This document shows positions 1-10,471 of a stretch of 64,000 nucleotides of DNA, piece after piece. The stretch spans positions 383,140-447,139 of the forward strand of contig CAVQSV010000023.1 of assembly GCA_963716095.1 (NCBI GenBank), in the 5' to 3' direction. Position numbers and translations under genes: made by a program. Source of the stretch: Ilumatobacteraceae bacterium. Lineage in GTDB: Bacteria; Actinomycetota; Acidimicrobiia; Acidimicrobiales; Ilumatobacteraceae. The notes under the pieces are model-generated. The model had not been told where the DNA came from. It made no database searches and was given only the letters and a program-made list of their open reading frames with translations. Numbering within the stretch: the stretch's first letter is position 1; every line of letters begins with the position of its first letter.

Positions 1-688
1 TGGGGCCGCTGTGGCGGGTGAACGCCGGAACGAAGTAGTACGGCTGGCCACCGTCGCGCTGTTCACCTCGGAAGTCGTAGGGCAACGGTTCGTAGAGCAC
101 GGCGGCAAGATCGGGCCGTGTGCGCACCAGGGCGTTGTACGCGCCGACGGCGTTGGCGACCAGGCTCTCGCCACCGCTGACACCGTTGTCGATGCACATC
201 AGCCCGACGAGATCGGACCCGTCGCTGTGGAAGCCGAGCGGATGGCCCCCGATCTCGTTGCCACGGGCGGTGGGATCATCCGGTGCCTTGCCCTGGTCCT
301 TCACATCGCCGAGGAGGTGACCCTTCGCGTTCTGGGGCCACGGCTCGCCCAGGTGCATCCCGACACCCCAGTAGATCCACGAGGCGTCCTCCGCACCGAG
401 TCGTTCGACGTCGAGCGCAGCGATGCGGGCGAACCCCCTGCCGTTGACCAACTCCTCTGCGATGTCGGCGAGCAGCGGGGCCAGAGTCGGCAGCGGGAAG
501 TCACGTGCGGTGACGTCGAGCACCTCGTTGGTGGCCGCCCGGGCATGGTCGAGCGCCGCGTCGAGTTCGGCGTGGTGATCGTCGGTGAGGTGCAGCGTCC
601 AGTCGTCGGCATCACCGATGTCGCTCGCCCGCCAGTTGGCGTGTGGTTCCAACTCCACGACGTCACTCGGTGTCTCGGTGGTACTCAT
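1..688 (-). CDS. TauD/TfdA-family Fe(II)/2-oxoglutarate dioxygenase, N-terminal ~229 codons (3' end beyond window edge)
   Basis: Not in the ORF track because it runs off the window. Reverse complement from ATG at 688 reads MSTTETPSDVVELEPHANWRASDIGDADDW...GRGFARIAALD...GHPLGFHSDGSDLVGLMCI (HxD iron motif). The start lies 1 nt after the stop of the upstream aminoacylase. Confidence 0.7.
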   Translation of the reverse strand, partial: MSTTETPSDVVELEPHANWRASDIGDADDWTLHLTDDHHAELDAALDHARAATNEVLDVTARDFPLPTLAPLLADIAEELVNGRGFARIAALDVERLGAEDASWIYWGVGMHLGEPWPQNAKGHLLGDVKDQGKAPDDPTARGNEIGGHPLGFHSDGSDLVGLMCIDNGVSGGESLVANAVGAYNALVRTRPDLAAVLYEPLPYDFRGEQRDGGQPYYFVPAFTRHSGP

Positions 689-689
689 C

Positions 690-2417
690 TCAGACTCCTC
701 TCGGTGCGGGCTTGGCACCGCGGATCAAGCGGCCCGGAAGGGCCTCGGTGGCGACGCCGTTGTGGTAGGTCTCGTGGCCGGCGACGATCGTGTGCCGCCA
801 GCCCTCGGCGCGCTGCAGCAGCCGCCGCCCTTGGGCCGGGAGGTCGTGGACGATCTCAGGCTTGTGCAGCCGGAGCCGGTCGAAGTCGACCACGTTGAGA
901 TCAGCGCGGTAGCCGGGGGCGATGACGCCGCGGTCGAACAGCCCCACGGTGCGTGCGGTGTCGCGGCAGTGGCGCTGCACGAGGAACGGCAACGGGATCC
1001 GGTCGTGGTCGCGGTCGCGGCCCCAGTAGGCGAGCAGCGTGGTCGGGAAGCTGCCGTCGCAGATGGTGCCGACGTGCGCGCCACCGTCGGCCAGGCCGGG
1101 CACGGTGTGCGGGTGCACGAGCATCTCGTGGCAGCCGTCGAGATTGCCGTCGACGTAGTTGAGGAACGGCAGATACAGCAGCCCGTGGCCGTCGTCGGCG
1201 AGCATCGCGTCGAGCGCGACCTCTTCAGCGGTGCGACCGGAGCGTGCGGCGACCGCCGCGATCGACGTGTCGAGCGACGGCTCGTAGTCGGGCTCGTCGG
1301 CCATTTCGAACAGCAGATCGAATCGGCCGATCAGATTTCCGCCCAGCTTGTCTCGCGTGCGCTCGGCTGCCTCGGCGAGCAGTCGCTCGCGCAACGCAGG
1401 ATCGCGCAGCGCAGCGACTCGTTCGGGGAGCGGGCGGTCGGCGATCTCTCGGTACACCGGATTGGTGAGGAACGGGTTGAGCGTGCATTCGAAACCGAGG
1501 ATCAGCCCCACCGCACGTGGCGCCACCTGCCCGGTCATCGCAAGCCCGTCGGCGTTCGCAGCGGTCAGGTGGTCGAGCAGCCCACGGAAGGCCTCGGGCA
1601 CCATCGGGTTGCGAGCGATCGAGATCGACATCGGCCGACCGGACGTGGCCACCATCTCGCGCAGCATCGCGAACTCGCCATCGGGATCGAGGAAGTCGGA
1701 CACCACCTGCAACACACCGGTGCCAGCGGCGCCGACACCTTGGGCGATGCCGATCAGCTCATCGGGTGCGGCGGTCAGCGTTGGGGTGTAGGCGCCCGTG
1801 GAGGTCTTGTGGTTGCGGGTTCGACTCGTGGTGAAGCCCAGTGCGCCGGCCTCGATGCCGTGACGTGCGAGTTCGGCCATCGCCGCGATGTCGTCGGGGG
1901 TGGCGTCTTCGTGGTTCGCGCCGCGCTCGCCCATCACGTTGAGGCGCAGTGCCCCGTGTGGCACCTGCATGGCCACGTCGATGTCGTGGGGGATCGAGTC
2001 GACGGCATCGAGGAACTCGCCGAACGAATTCCAGTTCCACCGCAACCCTTCGTGCAGCGCAGCCCCGGGAATGTCCTCGACACCCTCCATCAACTCGATG
2101 AGCTTGTCGTGATCGCTGTCGTGCACCGGTGCGAACCCCACACCGCAGTTGCCGGTGACCACAGTGGTCACGCCGTGCCATGACGACGGCTGGAGCCGCT
2201 GATCCCACGTGGCCTGGCCGTCGTAGTGCGAGTGGATGTCGACGATCCCGGGAATGACCAGCGCCCCGTCGGCGTCGATTTCGCGATCGGCGCTGCCGGT
2301 CACGGCACCGACCGCGGCGATCTGTCCGTCGGCGACGGCCACGTCGGCCGTTCGAGCGTCGGCGCCCGTGCCGTCGATGACGGAGCCCGCACGGATGATC
2401 AGGTCGTAGTCAGCCAT
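690..2417 (-). CDS. N-acyl-D-amino-acid deacylase (D-aminoacylase), amidohydrolase superfamily
   Basis: 575-aa ORF: MADYDLIIRAGSVIDGTG...ALVIPGIVDIHSHYDGQ (HxH metal motif), GVTTVVTGNCG. Typical D-aminoacylase N-terminus and length. Confidence 0.85.
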   Translation of the reverse strand: MADYDLIIRAGSVIDGTGADARTADVAVADGQIAAVGAVTGSADREIDADGALVIPGIVDIHSHYDGQATWDQRLQPSSWHGVTTVVTGNCGVGFAPVHDSDHDKLIELMEGVEDIPGAALHEGLRWNWNSFGEFLDAVDSIPHDIDVAMQVPHGALRLNVMGERGANHEDATPDDIAAMAELARHGIEAGALGFTTSRTRNHKTSTGAYTPTLTAAPDELIGIAQGVGAAGTGVLQVVSDFLDPDGEFAMLREMVATSGRPMSISIARNPMVPEAFRGLLDHLTAANADGLAMTGQVAPRAVGLILGFECTLNPFLTNPVYREIADRPLPERVAALRDPALRERLLAEAAERTRDKLGGNLIGRFDLLFEMADEPDYEPSLDTSIAAVAARSGRTAEEVALDAMLADDGHGLLYLPFLNYVDGNLDGCHEMLVHPHTVPGLADGGAHVGTICDGSFPTTLLAYWGRDRDHDRIPLPFLVQRHCRDTARTVGLFDRGVIAPGYRADLNVVDFDRLRLHKPEIVHDLPAQGRRLLQRAEGWRHTIVAGHETYHNGVATEALPGRLIRGAKPAPRGV

Positions 2418-2669
2418 GCGTCAGTCTCGCGTCTCGACACCTCCGAGCGGGACCCGAGCGCCATCGACGGGTGTCGGCGCAAGGGCATCCGCGGTCCCTA
2501 GGATCCGGGCGTGGCAGACCTCGGCAGCTCCTCCAGCGGAACCGGGGTCCGCGAACCAGCGCCGGGTTCGGGGCCCGTCGTCGACGACGACCCGAGTCTC
2601 GGCACCCATCGCAAGCGTCGGAGACGCTGGTGGCATCGCCATCTCGACTCGTCCGAACGTCAACGGGTG

Positions 2670-4137
<1,468 letters not shown>

Positions 4138-4189
4138 CCCGCCGCCCACCGCCGGCCTGCAAGAATTCGGGTGTCGAGAGGAGCAACCG

Positions 4190-4693
4190 ATGGCGTTCAA
4201 GCACGAGCAACTCAGCGGATGGCTGGCCGAGCAGGCGCTTGGTGAGACCCTGGTGAGCTACACCGTCACGTCGTTCGGCCAGGTCAGCAGTTCCAACCCC
4301 GGCTCGGGCGTGACCTCTTCGTCGTCGAGCGGCATCGCTCGGCGCGAGGCCTTCGCCGAGTCGCTCGGCGCCGAGCGGTCGTACAGCAGCGGCTACAACT
4401 CGACCTTCTCTGCGCTCACCGATCAACGCCTGATCCTGGGGACTCGTTCCGGGGTTCGCAACCGGCCGAAGGACGTCCTGCACAGCGCCCCGGTCGATGA
4501 GATCACCGTCTACTGGTTCGACGACGACGAAGGCGCCGGCAACAGCTTCCGCCACTTCGTGGTCGACTTCGGCGACGGCACGATCCGTTCCGATCGCGCC
4601 GGCCTCACGATGCTCGGCCGGCCGACGAAGTCGAACGCCGATGACTTCGTCGAAGCGCTCGGCGATCGTGCCCAACGCATCGAGCCGAGCTGA
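4190..4693 (+). CDS. Hypothetical protein (167 aa), no family recognised
   Basis: ATG 4190 is preceded by GAGAGGAG. MAFKHEQLSGWLAEQALGETLVSYTV..., high GC3. The longer ORF from 4085 overlaps the poly-Thr repeat and is unlikely. Confidence 0.6.
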   Translation: MAFKHEQLSGWLAEQALGETLVSYTVTSFGQVSSSNPGSGVTSSSSSGIARREAFAESLGAERSYSSGYNSTFSALTDQRLILGTRSGVRNRPKDVLHSAPVDEITVYWFDDDEGAGNSFRHFVVDFGDGTIRSDRAGLTMLGRPTKSNADDFVEALGDRAQRIEPS

Positions 4694-4702
4694 GGAGGGG
4701 AC

Positions 4703-6010
4703 ATGACCGGGGACATGACCGGCGAATACGACCATCGAGTGATGCCGCCGGGGATCGGCGTGCCGGCCGACGACGACATCTTCACCGACAACGTCCGTTT
4801 TGGCGACGTCGATGCGTGGAATCGCGAGGCGGTTCGCATCCACGAGAAGCAGGGCGGCTTCTACCGCATCGAGCGTGAGGGCTTTCCGCCGATCCTCGCC
4901 GTGCTCGACCACGCTGCGGTGCTCGAGGTCGAGCGCCAGCCGGAGCTGTTCACCAACGGCCCGGCGCCGGTGCTCACCACGCAGGAGGCGCTCGACAATC
5001 CGCCGCCGATCGAGCTGAAGACGCTGATCCACATGGACGGCGACGAGCACACGGCGTACCGCAAGCTCGGGCTCCCACAGTTCAAACCGGCCAGCCTCGA
5101 TCGGCTGCAGGACCGCCTCGACGAACTCAGCGAGCAAGCGGTCGCGACCATGCGTGACGCTGGGGGCGAACTCGACTTCTCCACCGACGTGGCCTTGCCG
5201 TACCCGTTGCAGGTGATTCTGAAGATCCTCGGTCTGCCCGAGGCCGACTATCCGCGGATGCTGCAGCTCACGCAGCAGCTGTTCGGCGGAGAGGACCCCG
5301 ACCTGCAGCGCGAAGAGCTGAGCCCCGAAGCCATCGGCGCGATCCTGATGGACTTCATGGCCTACTTCTCGGGGATCACCGTCGATCGTCGAGCTGACCC
5401 CACCGATGACCTGGCGTCGCTGATCGCCAACGGTCGCCTCGGTGACGGCCCGGATGCACCTCCGCTCGGTGACCTCGAGACGATCGGCTACTACATCATC
5501 GTGGCGACCGCCGGACACGACACCACGTCGAGTGCGATGGCCGGCGGGTTCCGCGCGCTGGTCGAGCACCCCGATCAGCTTGCGATCCTCCAAGAGCGTC
5601 CCGAGCTGATGAACAACGCGATCGAGGAGATGCTCCGGTGGACGGCCCCGGTGCGCCACTTCATGCGATGCGCCACCGCCGACACCGAACTGCACGGATA
5701 CTCGATCGCGAAGGGCGACTTCGTCTATCTCTCCTACAAGGGCGCGAATCTCGACCCGAAGGTGTTCACCGACCCGCTGCGGTTCGACATCGAACGTCCG
5801 AACGCCGACCGGCAGATCTCGTTCGGGTTCGGCAAGCACTTCTGCATGGGCGCGCAGCTGGCGCGCATGGAACTGCGGTCGCTGTTCAACCGATTGATCC
5901 CGCTGATCGAGTCGGTCGAGTTCGCGGGCGAGCCCACGATGGCCCAGACCACCTTCGTCGGCGGTCCCAAAGCCCTCCCGATCCGCTACACACTGCGCAA
6001 CGACAGCTGA
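4703..6010 (+). CDS. Cytochrome P450
   Basis: 435 aa. Heme loop FGFGKHFCMGAQLA, I-helix ATAGHDTTS, EEMLRW (ExxR). SD GAGGAGGGG lies upstream of the ATG. Confidence 0.9.
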   Translation: MTGDMTGEYDHRVMPPGIGVPADDDIFTDNVRFGDVDAWNREAVRIHEKQGGFYRIEREGFPPILAVLDHAAVLEVERQPELFTNGPAPVLTTQEALDNPPPIELKTLIHMDGDEHTAYRKLGLPQFKPASLDRLQDRLDELSEQAVATMRDAGGELDFSTDVALPYPLQVILKILGLPEADYPRMLQLTQQLFGGEDPDLQREELSPEAIGAILMDFMAYFSGITVDRRADPTDDLASLIANGRLGDGPDAPPLGDLETIGYYIIVATAGHDTTSSAMAGGFRALVEHPDQLAILQERPELMNNAIEEMLRWTAPVRHFMRCATADTELHGYSIAKGDFVYLSYKGANLDPKVFTDPLRFDIERPNADRQISFGFGKHFCMGAQLARMELRSLFNRLIPLIESVEFAGEPTMAQTTFVGGPKALPIRYTLRNDS

Positions 6011-6012
6011 CG

Positions 6013-6495
6013 GTGCAGTTCCGGGAGGGTGTGTCCGGCGATGCGCCCCGCATCGCCGAGTACTACCACCGCTGTTGGCTGGCAGCGTCCGCTTCGTCGC
6101 TCGAGCCGGGCGTCGCCGAGCGGTTGGAGGCGTCGATGTGGCTGGAGCTCTTCCACGGCCGGCTCGTGCCGGACAGCTCGATGCGCACGGTGGTTGCAGC
6201 GAACGACGGCGTGGTCATCGGTCATGTCCAGGTGGAGGGCAACCTCCTGGTGCACCTGTTCGTCGATCCCGATCACCAGGGCGCCGGGATCGGGAGTCGA
6301 TTGCTCGAGATCGGCGAAGCGCTGATCGCCGAGGCCGGCCACGCCGACGCCGAGTTGCACACGCGGGTCGACAACGACCGCGCGATCGCGTTGTATCGCT
6401 CGGTGGGTTGGCAACTCACCGACCGGTTGATCCACAGCGCACACGATGGCATCGAATACGACGAGCACGTGCTGGTCAAACCCCTCCACCGATGA
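6013..6495 (+). CDS. GNAT-family N-acetyltransferase
   Basis: GTG 6013 is 2 nt after the P450 stop. VQFREGVSGDAPRIAEYYHRCW...LFVDPDHQGAGIGSRLLE...AIALYRSVGW (acetyl-CoA Q/RxxGxG/A motif). Confidence 0.8.
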   Translation: MQFREGVSGDAPRIAEYYHRCWLAASASSLEPGVAERLEASMWLELFHGRLVPDSSMRTVVAANDGVVIGHVQVEGNLLVHLFVDPDHQGAGIGSRLLEIGEALIAEAGHADAELHTRVDNDRAIALYRSVGWQLTDRLIHSAHDGIEYDEHVLVKPLHR

Positions 6496-6532
6496 GCGAA
6501 CACACCACATCTGCGGGTTTCGCTCATCGCCG
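6489..6532. repeat. Palindromic intergenic repeat, family A copy 1 (GATGAGCGAA-loop-TTCGCTCATC)
   Basis: ccGATGAGCGAAcacaccacatctgcgggttTCGCTCATCgc. The GNAT stop TGA (6493-6495) lies inside the left arm. Confidence 0.85.
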
Positions 6533-6537
6533 GGGTG

Positions 6538-7095
6538 TCACACGACGCGTCCGAGGAAGGCTGCGAGCCGATCCGCGGCCGGCGCACCTTCCGGGGCGGT
6601 TTGCTCCGGTCCGTAGGGGGCCGGTTCTTCGCCTCTCGGGACGTGGGCCATGTGTGCCACGGCCAGCTCCATCAACGACTCGGCCAGATCCGCATCGAGG
6701 TCGGTGTCCTGCCCGGTGGCTTTGGCCAGATCCCATGCATGTTGGAACGTGTCCAGAGCAGCCAGGCCCATCAGCTTCTCACCGGAGAACGATCCGAACG
6801 GCAGGGTCACGGTCGTGTCCATCGCTCCGTCTCTGCGGAGTTCGGCGACGGCGTCGGACGCAGCTCGATCGAACGCACCGGCCTGCTCGCTGTGGGGGAC
6901 TTCGACTCCGGTCATGTTGAACGGCTTGTCCTGCAGCGCGTCGGTCACCATGTGCTGGGTACCGATGGTGTGATCGATGAGTTGGGCGACGTCGAACGAG
7001 GCGCAGGGCGTCGCGGAGCCGAGTTGGTCGGCATTCACGCCCGCCAACACCTGGCGGAACGTGGCAATGGCGGTCTCGTAGGTCTGCATGGCCAT
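6538..7095 (-). CDS. DinB/MDMPI-like (TIGR03086-type) metal-binding protein
   Basis: Start MAMQTYETAIATFRQVLAGVNADQLGSATPCASFDVAQLIDHTIG, a typical mycothiol maleylpyruvate isomerase N-terminal-domain signature. The ATG overlaps the upstream stop (TGATG). Confidence 0.7.
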   Translation of the reverse strand: MAMQTYETAIATFRQVLAGVNADQLGSATPCASFDVAQLIDHTIGTQHMVTDALQDKPFNMTGVEVPHSEQAGAFDRAASDAVAELRRDGAMDTTVTLPFGSFSGEKLMGLAALDTFQHAWDLAKATGQDTDLDADLAESLMELAVAHMAHVPRGEEPAPYGPEQTAPEGAPAADRLAAFLGRVV

Positions 7096-7355
7096 CACGC
7101 GTCCAGGAACAGCTTGATCGTGTCGACGTGGACGCCGTCGTGCTCTTCGGTCACCTTCGCCTCCGGAGTTGCGAGCGCCGCCTGCAGCGAGTCGAGGTCG
7201 GGCGCTTCGATCAGCACGGCAACGGTGGTGGCGTTGCCTGCCGGGTCGCGAAACGCGGTGGCCTTCATGCCACGGGCCTCGAAGAACTCCGATCGGGCCG
7301 GCGAGTCGAACCAGTGCTGGACGTCGTCGACGTCGTGGATTGCGATGACCTGCAT
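7095..7355 (-). CDS. Hypothetical small protein (86 aa)
   Basis: MQVIAIHDVDDVQHWFDSPARSEFFEARGMKATAFRDPAGN... AAGGGA lies upstream of ATG 7355. Translationally coupled to the downstream DinB-like gene. Confidence 0.55.
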   Translation of the reverse strand: MQVIAIHDVDDVQHWFDSPARSEFFEARGMKATAFRDPAGNATTVAVLIEAPDLDSLQAALATPEAKVTEEHDGVHVDTIKLFLDA

Positions 7356-7486
7356 GGTGGTGTCCCTTCGTTGGGTTGCGGTTCCGGAGGTTTCCGGTGG
7401 AGACATCGTGCGCCTCACCCATGAGGTGGCGCATCGGGGCAATCCCCATTCCAGAACCGCGTCACCCCCATTGTCGGAGAAACCGG

Positions 7487-10366
7487 TCAGTCGGCGGTAT
7501 CGAGTGCCGAACGCGCCGCGAAGGCGACAACGGCCGTGCGGCCCTCGACGCCGAGCTTGGTGGCGAGATTCGCAATGTGTCGTTCGACCGTCTTGGGCGA
7601 AACATGCAGCGTCTCCGCGATGCTCCGAGTCGAACGAGCCTCGGCGAGCAACTCGAGGACGTCGGCCTCACGGGCCGACACTCCGAGCGCCCGCAGTCGG
7701 GGCGGAACTCGTTCGTCGCTGCGTCGTTGACGAGGCAGCGCAGACCCGAGCGCCCCCAGCAGCGACCGGCACGAGGACGCAAGACGGTCGTCGCCCCGCG
7801 TCTCGAAGTAGCTGAAGGCATCTCGCAACCAGGTGATCGGATCTCCCCATCCGTCGGCATGTGCTGTCTCGGCAACCAATCGACGGGCGTGATGCTGGAA
7901 CCACGGGGCCGGCTGTACACGTTCGGCCAGTGTCACCTCGCGGTTCGCCTCGTCGACTGCTCCGCGACGGCCGGCCACGACCGCACGCGCGTAGCTCCGG
8001 TAGCTGTCGATCATCACGTGGTTCGGGCCGACGTATGCGTCGAGTTCGTCGATCGCCGCTGTCCCGGCCTCGTCTCCGTCGAGGGCCTCGAACAGGACCC
8101 AGATCCCACGTTCGGGACAGGCCACCGCCGGCGCCACCCGCAATCGATCCATCATCTGCTCGAGTGCTGTTCCCGCGTGGCGGAGATCGTCTCTGTCGAT
8201 CCAATAGGTGGCACGGGCCACGCCACCGAGCGCGACGACGTCTGCATGACCGTCGGAGATCGCATCGGCTTCGGCCAGGAGCCGCTCCATCCGCTCCCGG
8301 TCGCCGTGGTGGGCGGCGGCGACCGCGAGCGCGACGGTTGCGACACCATGCAGGGTGCGCAATCGAAGTCTCTTCGCCAGATCGATGCAGCGGTTGGCCG
8401 CAGGCTCGATCTGGTCGGTGTTGCGTCGGTCGTGCGCCTGCCATGCGAGGAAGTTGTCGAGATGGGCGACCACGACGAGCGCGCCGGCGTTCGTGGCGTG
8501 CTCGCGGGCGGCGAGGATCCCTTGCGGTGGCTCGAACTCCCAGAGCGCCAGCGACGATCGCTCCATCAACCCCCGCAGTTGCCATGCCGGCAGGCCGTGC
8601 TCGCGCCCGATGCTCACGACGCGGTCGAACGTCGCCGCGGGGTTGCCCTCGCCGCGGCCTCGCTCGCACCGGCCGACCACGAGCGCCGTTGCAGCCTCCA
8701 GCTCGCAATCTTCACGCTCTTCCGCGACTTCCATGGCAGTCCGGGCCAGTAGCGCAGCGTCGTCGAAGCGGCCCTGGCCGACGGCGACCTCGGCTCGTAC
8801 CGCGTCGATCCGCGCCCCGAGGTGAGTTCCGGGAGCATCGTCGACGAGATCGTGCGCCGCCGCCGCGTGTTCACCGGCGGTGTCCCAACGGCTTGCTTCC
8901 GCAGCCGCCCGCGCCATCGCCAGGTGGATGTTCACACGCTGCGCCGGCCCGGCGGCGGCGAGCATCCGCTGCCCGACCGCCAGCGCCTGATCGACGGCTC
9001 CCGTGGTGCCGAGGACCGACAACAGGGCGTCACCGATCTCGAACCACTCGGGCTCCACGTCGTTCACGAACGACCACGCACGGTCGAGCATCGGTACCGC
9101 GCTCGACAGCGCCCCCCGCCGGCGCGCCCGACGGGCGGCTCGGAGGAGGAGTGCAGCTGCTCGCTCGGTGTCGCCTGCCTCCTCGGCGAGTGTGGCGGCC
9201 TGCTCACCGAACGCGTCGCCGAGGTCTGGCCGATCCTGCTCCAGCGCAGCGAGCGCCTCACGGGCGATCTCGATCCGCTCGAGCGGGAGCATCTCTTCGA
9301 GGATCGCCTCCCGTGTCAGCGCATGCCGGAACTCGAACGCCGTCGGTTCGGAGCGGTCCGCCATCACCAGCTGGGCTTGGACTCCGGCACGAAGCGCCTG
9401 AGCGACCGTTTCGGTCGGCACCCCCAACGCAGCACGGAGCAGCTCGGTGTCGAAACGCTGCCCGAGCACTGCCCCAACGCGGATCACGCGGCCGGCGTCG
9501 TCATCGAGCTCGCCCGTCCTTCGACGAACGAGCTCGGCGAAGCGTTCGGGCACCGCCGGGCCACCAGCCGCCTCGACCCGCCAACCGTCGCCTGTCGAGG
9601 TGATCGTGCCGTCGGCGACGCTGGTCGTGAGAAGTTCCTCCACGAGAAGCGGTAGCCCGTCTGCGAAGTCGCTGATCAGCGACATCACACTCGCATCGAC
9701 GCCGGCGCCGAGGCACGTCGACGCCATCGTCGCGAGTTCATCGGTGCTCAGACGTCGCAACTCCATTCTCGCCGCCGATCTCCTGGCTGCGAGGTCGCTC
9801 AGTACCCGTCCGACCTGATCGGAGCCCTCGAGACGAGTGGTCACCACACACAGCACCGGTGCATTGGTCAAGTTGTCTGCCAGGTACTCGACGACGGCGG
9901 CCGTGTCGGGATCCGACCAGTGCAGATCCTCGAGCACGAGCATGCAGGCGTCGCCGGGAATGGAGGTCAAGAAGCGCAGGAGGCCCTCACCGATCTCCAT
10001 CGCGCTCGCCTGGTAGGGCTCTTCGGCGACGCCTCGCCACTCGGGAACGATCTGGGCCAATGCCCGCCGGTCGACCGACGGCGCGCCGTCTGCGCCGAGC
10101 CGTCTGACGTGGCCCGACAGCGCTTCGAACAGTGGACGGAACGGCACGGGCGTGCGAGTGTCGACAGCCCGTCCGACCAGTACTGGCAGTCCTCGCCCTG
10201 CAGCCGCGTCGCAGAGCTCTCTGACCAACCGAGATTTGCCGACGCCCGCCTCGCCTGACACCCAAACGAAACTGCCGGCCCCGCTGACTGCGCGATCGAG
10301 CGCAGCCACGAGCACTGTCGTCTCGTCCTCGCGCCCCACCAGGGACGGGCACGACACTTGCAGCAC
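7487..10366 (-). CDS. LAL-type (large ATP-binding LuxR family) transcriptional regulator
   Basis: N-terminal LVGREDETTVL...VWVSGEAGVGKSRLV (Walker A), a long helical/TPR-like middle, and a C-terminal LuxR HTH (SAREADVLELLAEARSTRSIAETLHVSPKTVERHIANL). Start is GTG 10366 or 10357; the part of the track ORF upstream is antisense to the dipeptidase gene. Confidence 0.85.
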   Translation of the reverse strand: MLQVSCPSLVGREDETTVLVAALDRAVSGAGSFVWVSGEAGVGKSRLVRELCDAAAGRGLPVLVGRAVDTRTPVPFRPLFEALSGHVRRLGADGAPSVDRRALAQIVPEWRGVAEEPYQASAMEIGEGLLRFLTSIPGDACMLVLEDLHWSDPDTAAVVEYLADNLTNAPVLCVVTTRLEGSDQVGRVLSDLAARRSAARMELRRLSTDELATMASTCLGAGVDASVMSLISDFADGLPLLVEELLTTSVADGTITSTGDGWRVEAAGGPAVPERFAELVRRRTGELDDDAGRVIRVGAVLGQRFDTELLRAALGVPTETVAQALRAGVQAQLVMADRSEPTAFEFRHALTREAILEEMLPLERIEIAREALAALEQDRPDLGDAFGEQAATLAEEAGDTERAAALLLRAARRARRRGALSSAVPMLDRAWSFVNDVEPEWFEIGDALLSVLGTTGAVDQALAVGQRMLAAAGPAQRVNIHLAMARAAAEASRWDTAGEHAAAAHDLVDDAPGTHLGARIDAVRAEVAVGQGRFDDAALLARTAMEVAEEREDCELEAATALVVGRCERGRGEGNPAATFDRVVSIGREHGLPAWQLRGLMERSSLALWEFEPPQGILAAREHATNAGALVVVAHLDNFLAWQAHDRRNTDQIEPAANRCIDLAKRLRLRTLHGVATVALAVAAAHHGDRERMERLLAEADAISDGHADVVALGGVARATYWIDRDDLRHAGTALEQMMDRLRVAPAVACPERGIWVLFEALDGDEAGTAAIDELDAYVGPNHVMIDSYRSYARAVVAGRRGAVDEANREVTLAERVQPAPWFQHHARRLVAETAHADGWGDPITWLRDAFSYFETRGDDRLASSCRSLLGALGSALPRQRRSDERVPPRLRALGVSAREADVLELLAEARSTRSIAETLHVSPKTVERHIANLATKLGVEGRTAVVAFAARSALDTAD

Positions 10367-10471
10367 GGCGACAGTCTTGCAGGCACCTCTAGAGTCGCGC
10401 CGGTCCGGTCCAACGCTGATCTGTACGATCCGAAGGTGAGCGCGATCGCCCGTCGTACGAGGGAACGGCAG

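Noticed and set aside
585-2183. Long ORFs antisense or out of frame to real genes. Examples: 585..2183(+), 2716..4200(-), 4091..5839(-), 7376..8752(+), 17309..19393(-), 20217..21878(-), 26778..28238(-), 37742..39184(+), 48960..52859(-), and the non-genic parts of 55322..59179(-) and 55331..59443(+).
   Set aside because: They mirror genes with clear family motifs on the other strand or frame. They are Arg/Pro/Gly/Ala-rich with no recognisable motifs. Stop-poor shadow frames are expected in high-GC DNA.
2418-2669. Possible remnants of a DUF389 N-terminal soluble domain upstream of ATG 2670 (for example ...GDAGGIAISTRPNV in frame 1).
   Set aside because: The similarity is only a few residues judged from memory. 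The available space (250 bp shared with the aminoacylase promoter) is too short for that domain. It cannot be supported without an HMM alignment.
6492-6540. Recurrent mini-ORFs starting MSE(H/P)T.SAGFAHR... or MSEVAA... at 6492, 11748, 30730, 30791 and on the minus strand at 59470.
   Set aside because: They arise from the ATGAGCGAA arm of the family A palindrome. The 'conserved peptide' is a by-product of the DNA repeat, and it reads the same from both arms.
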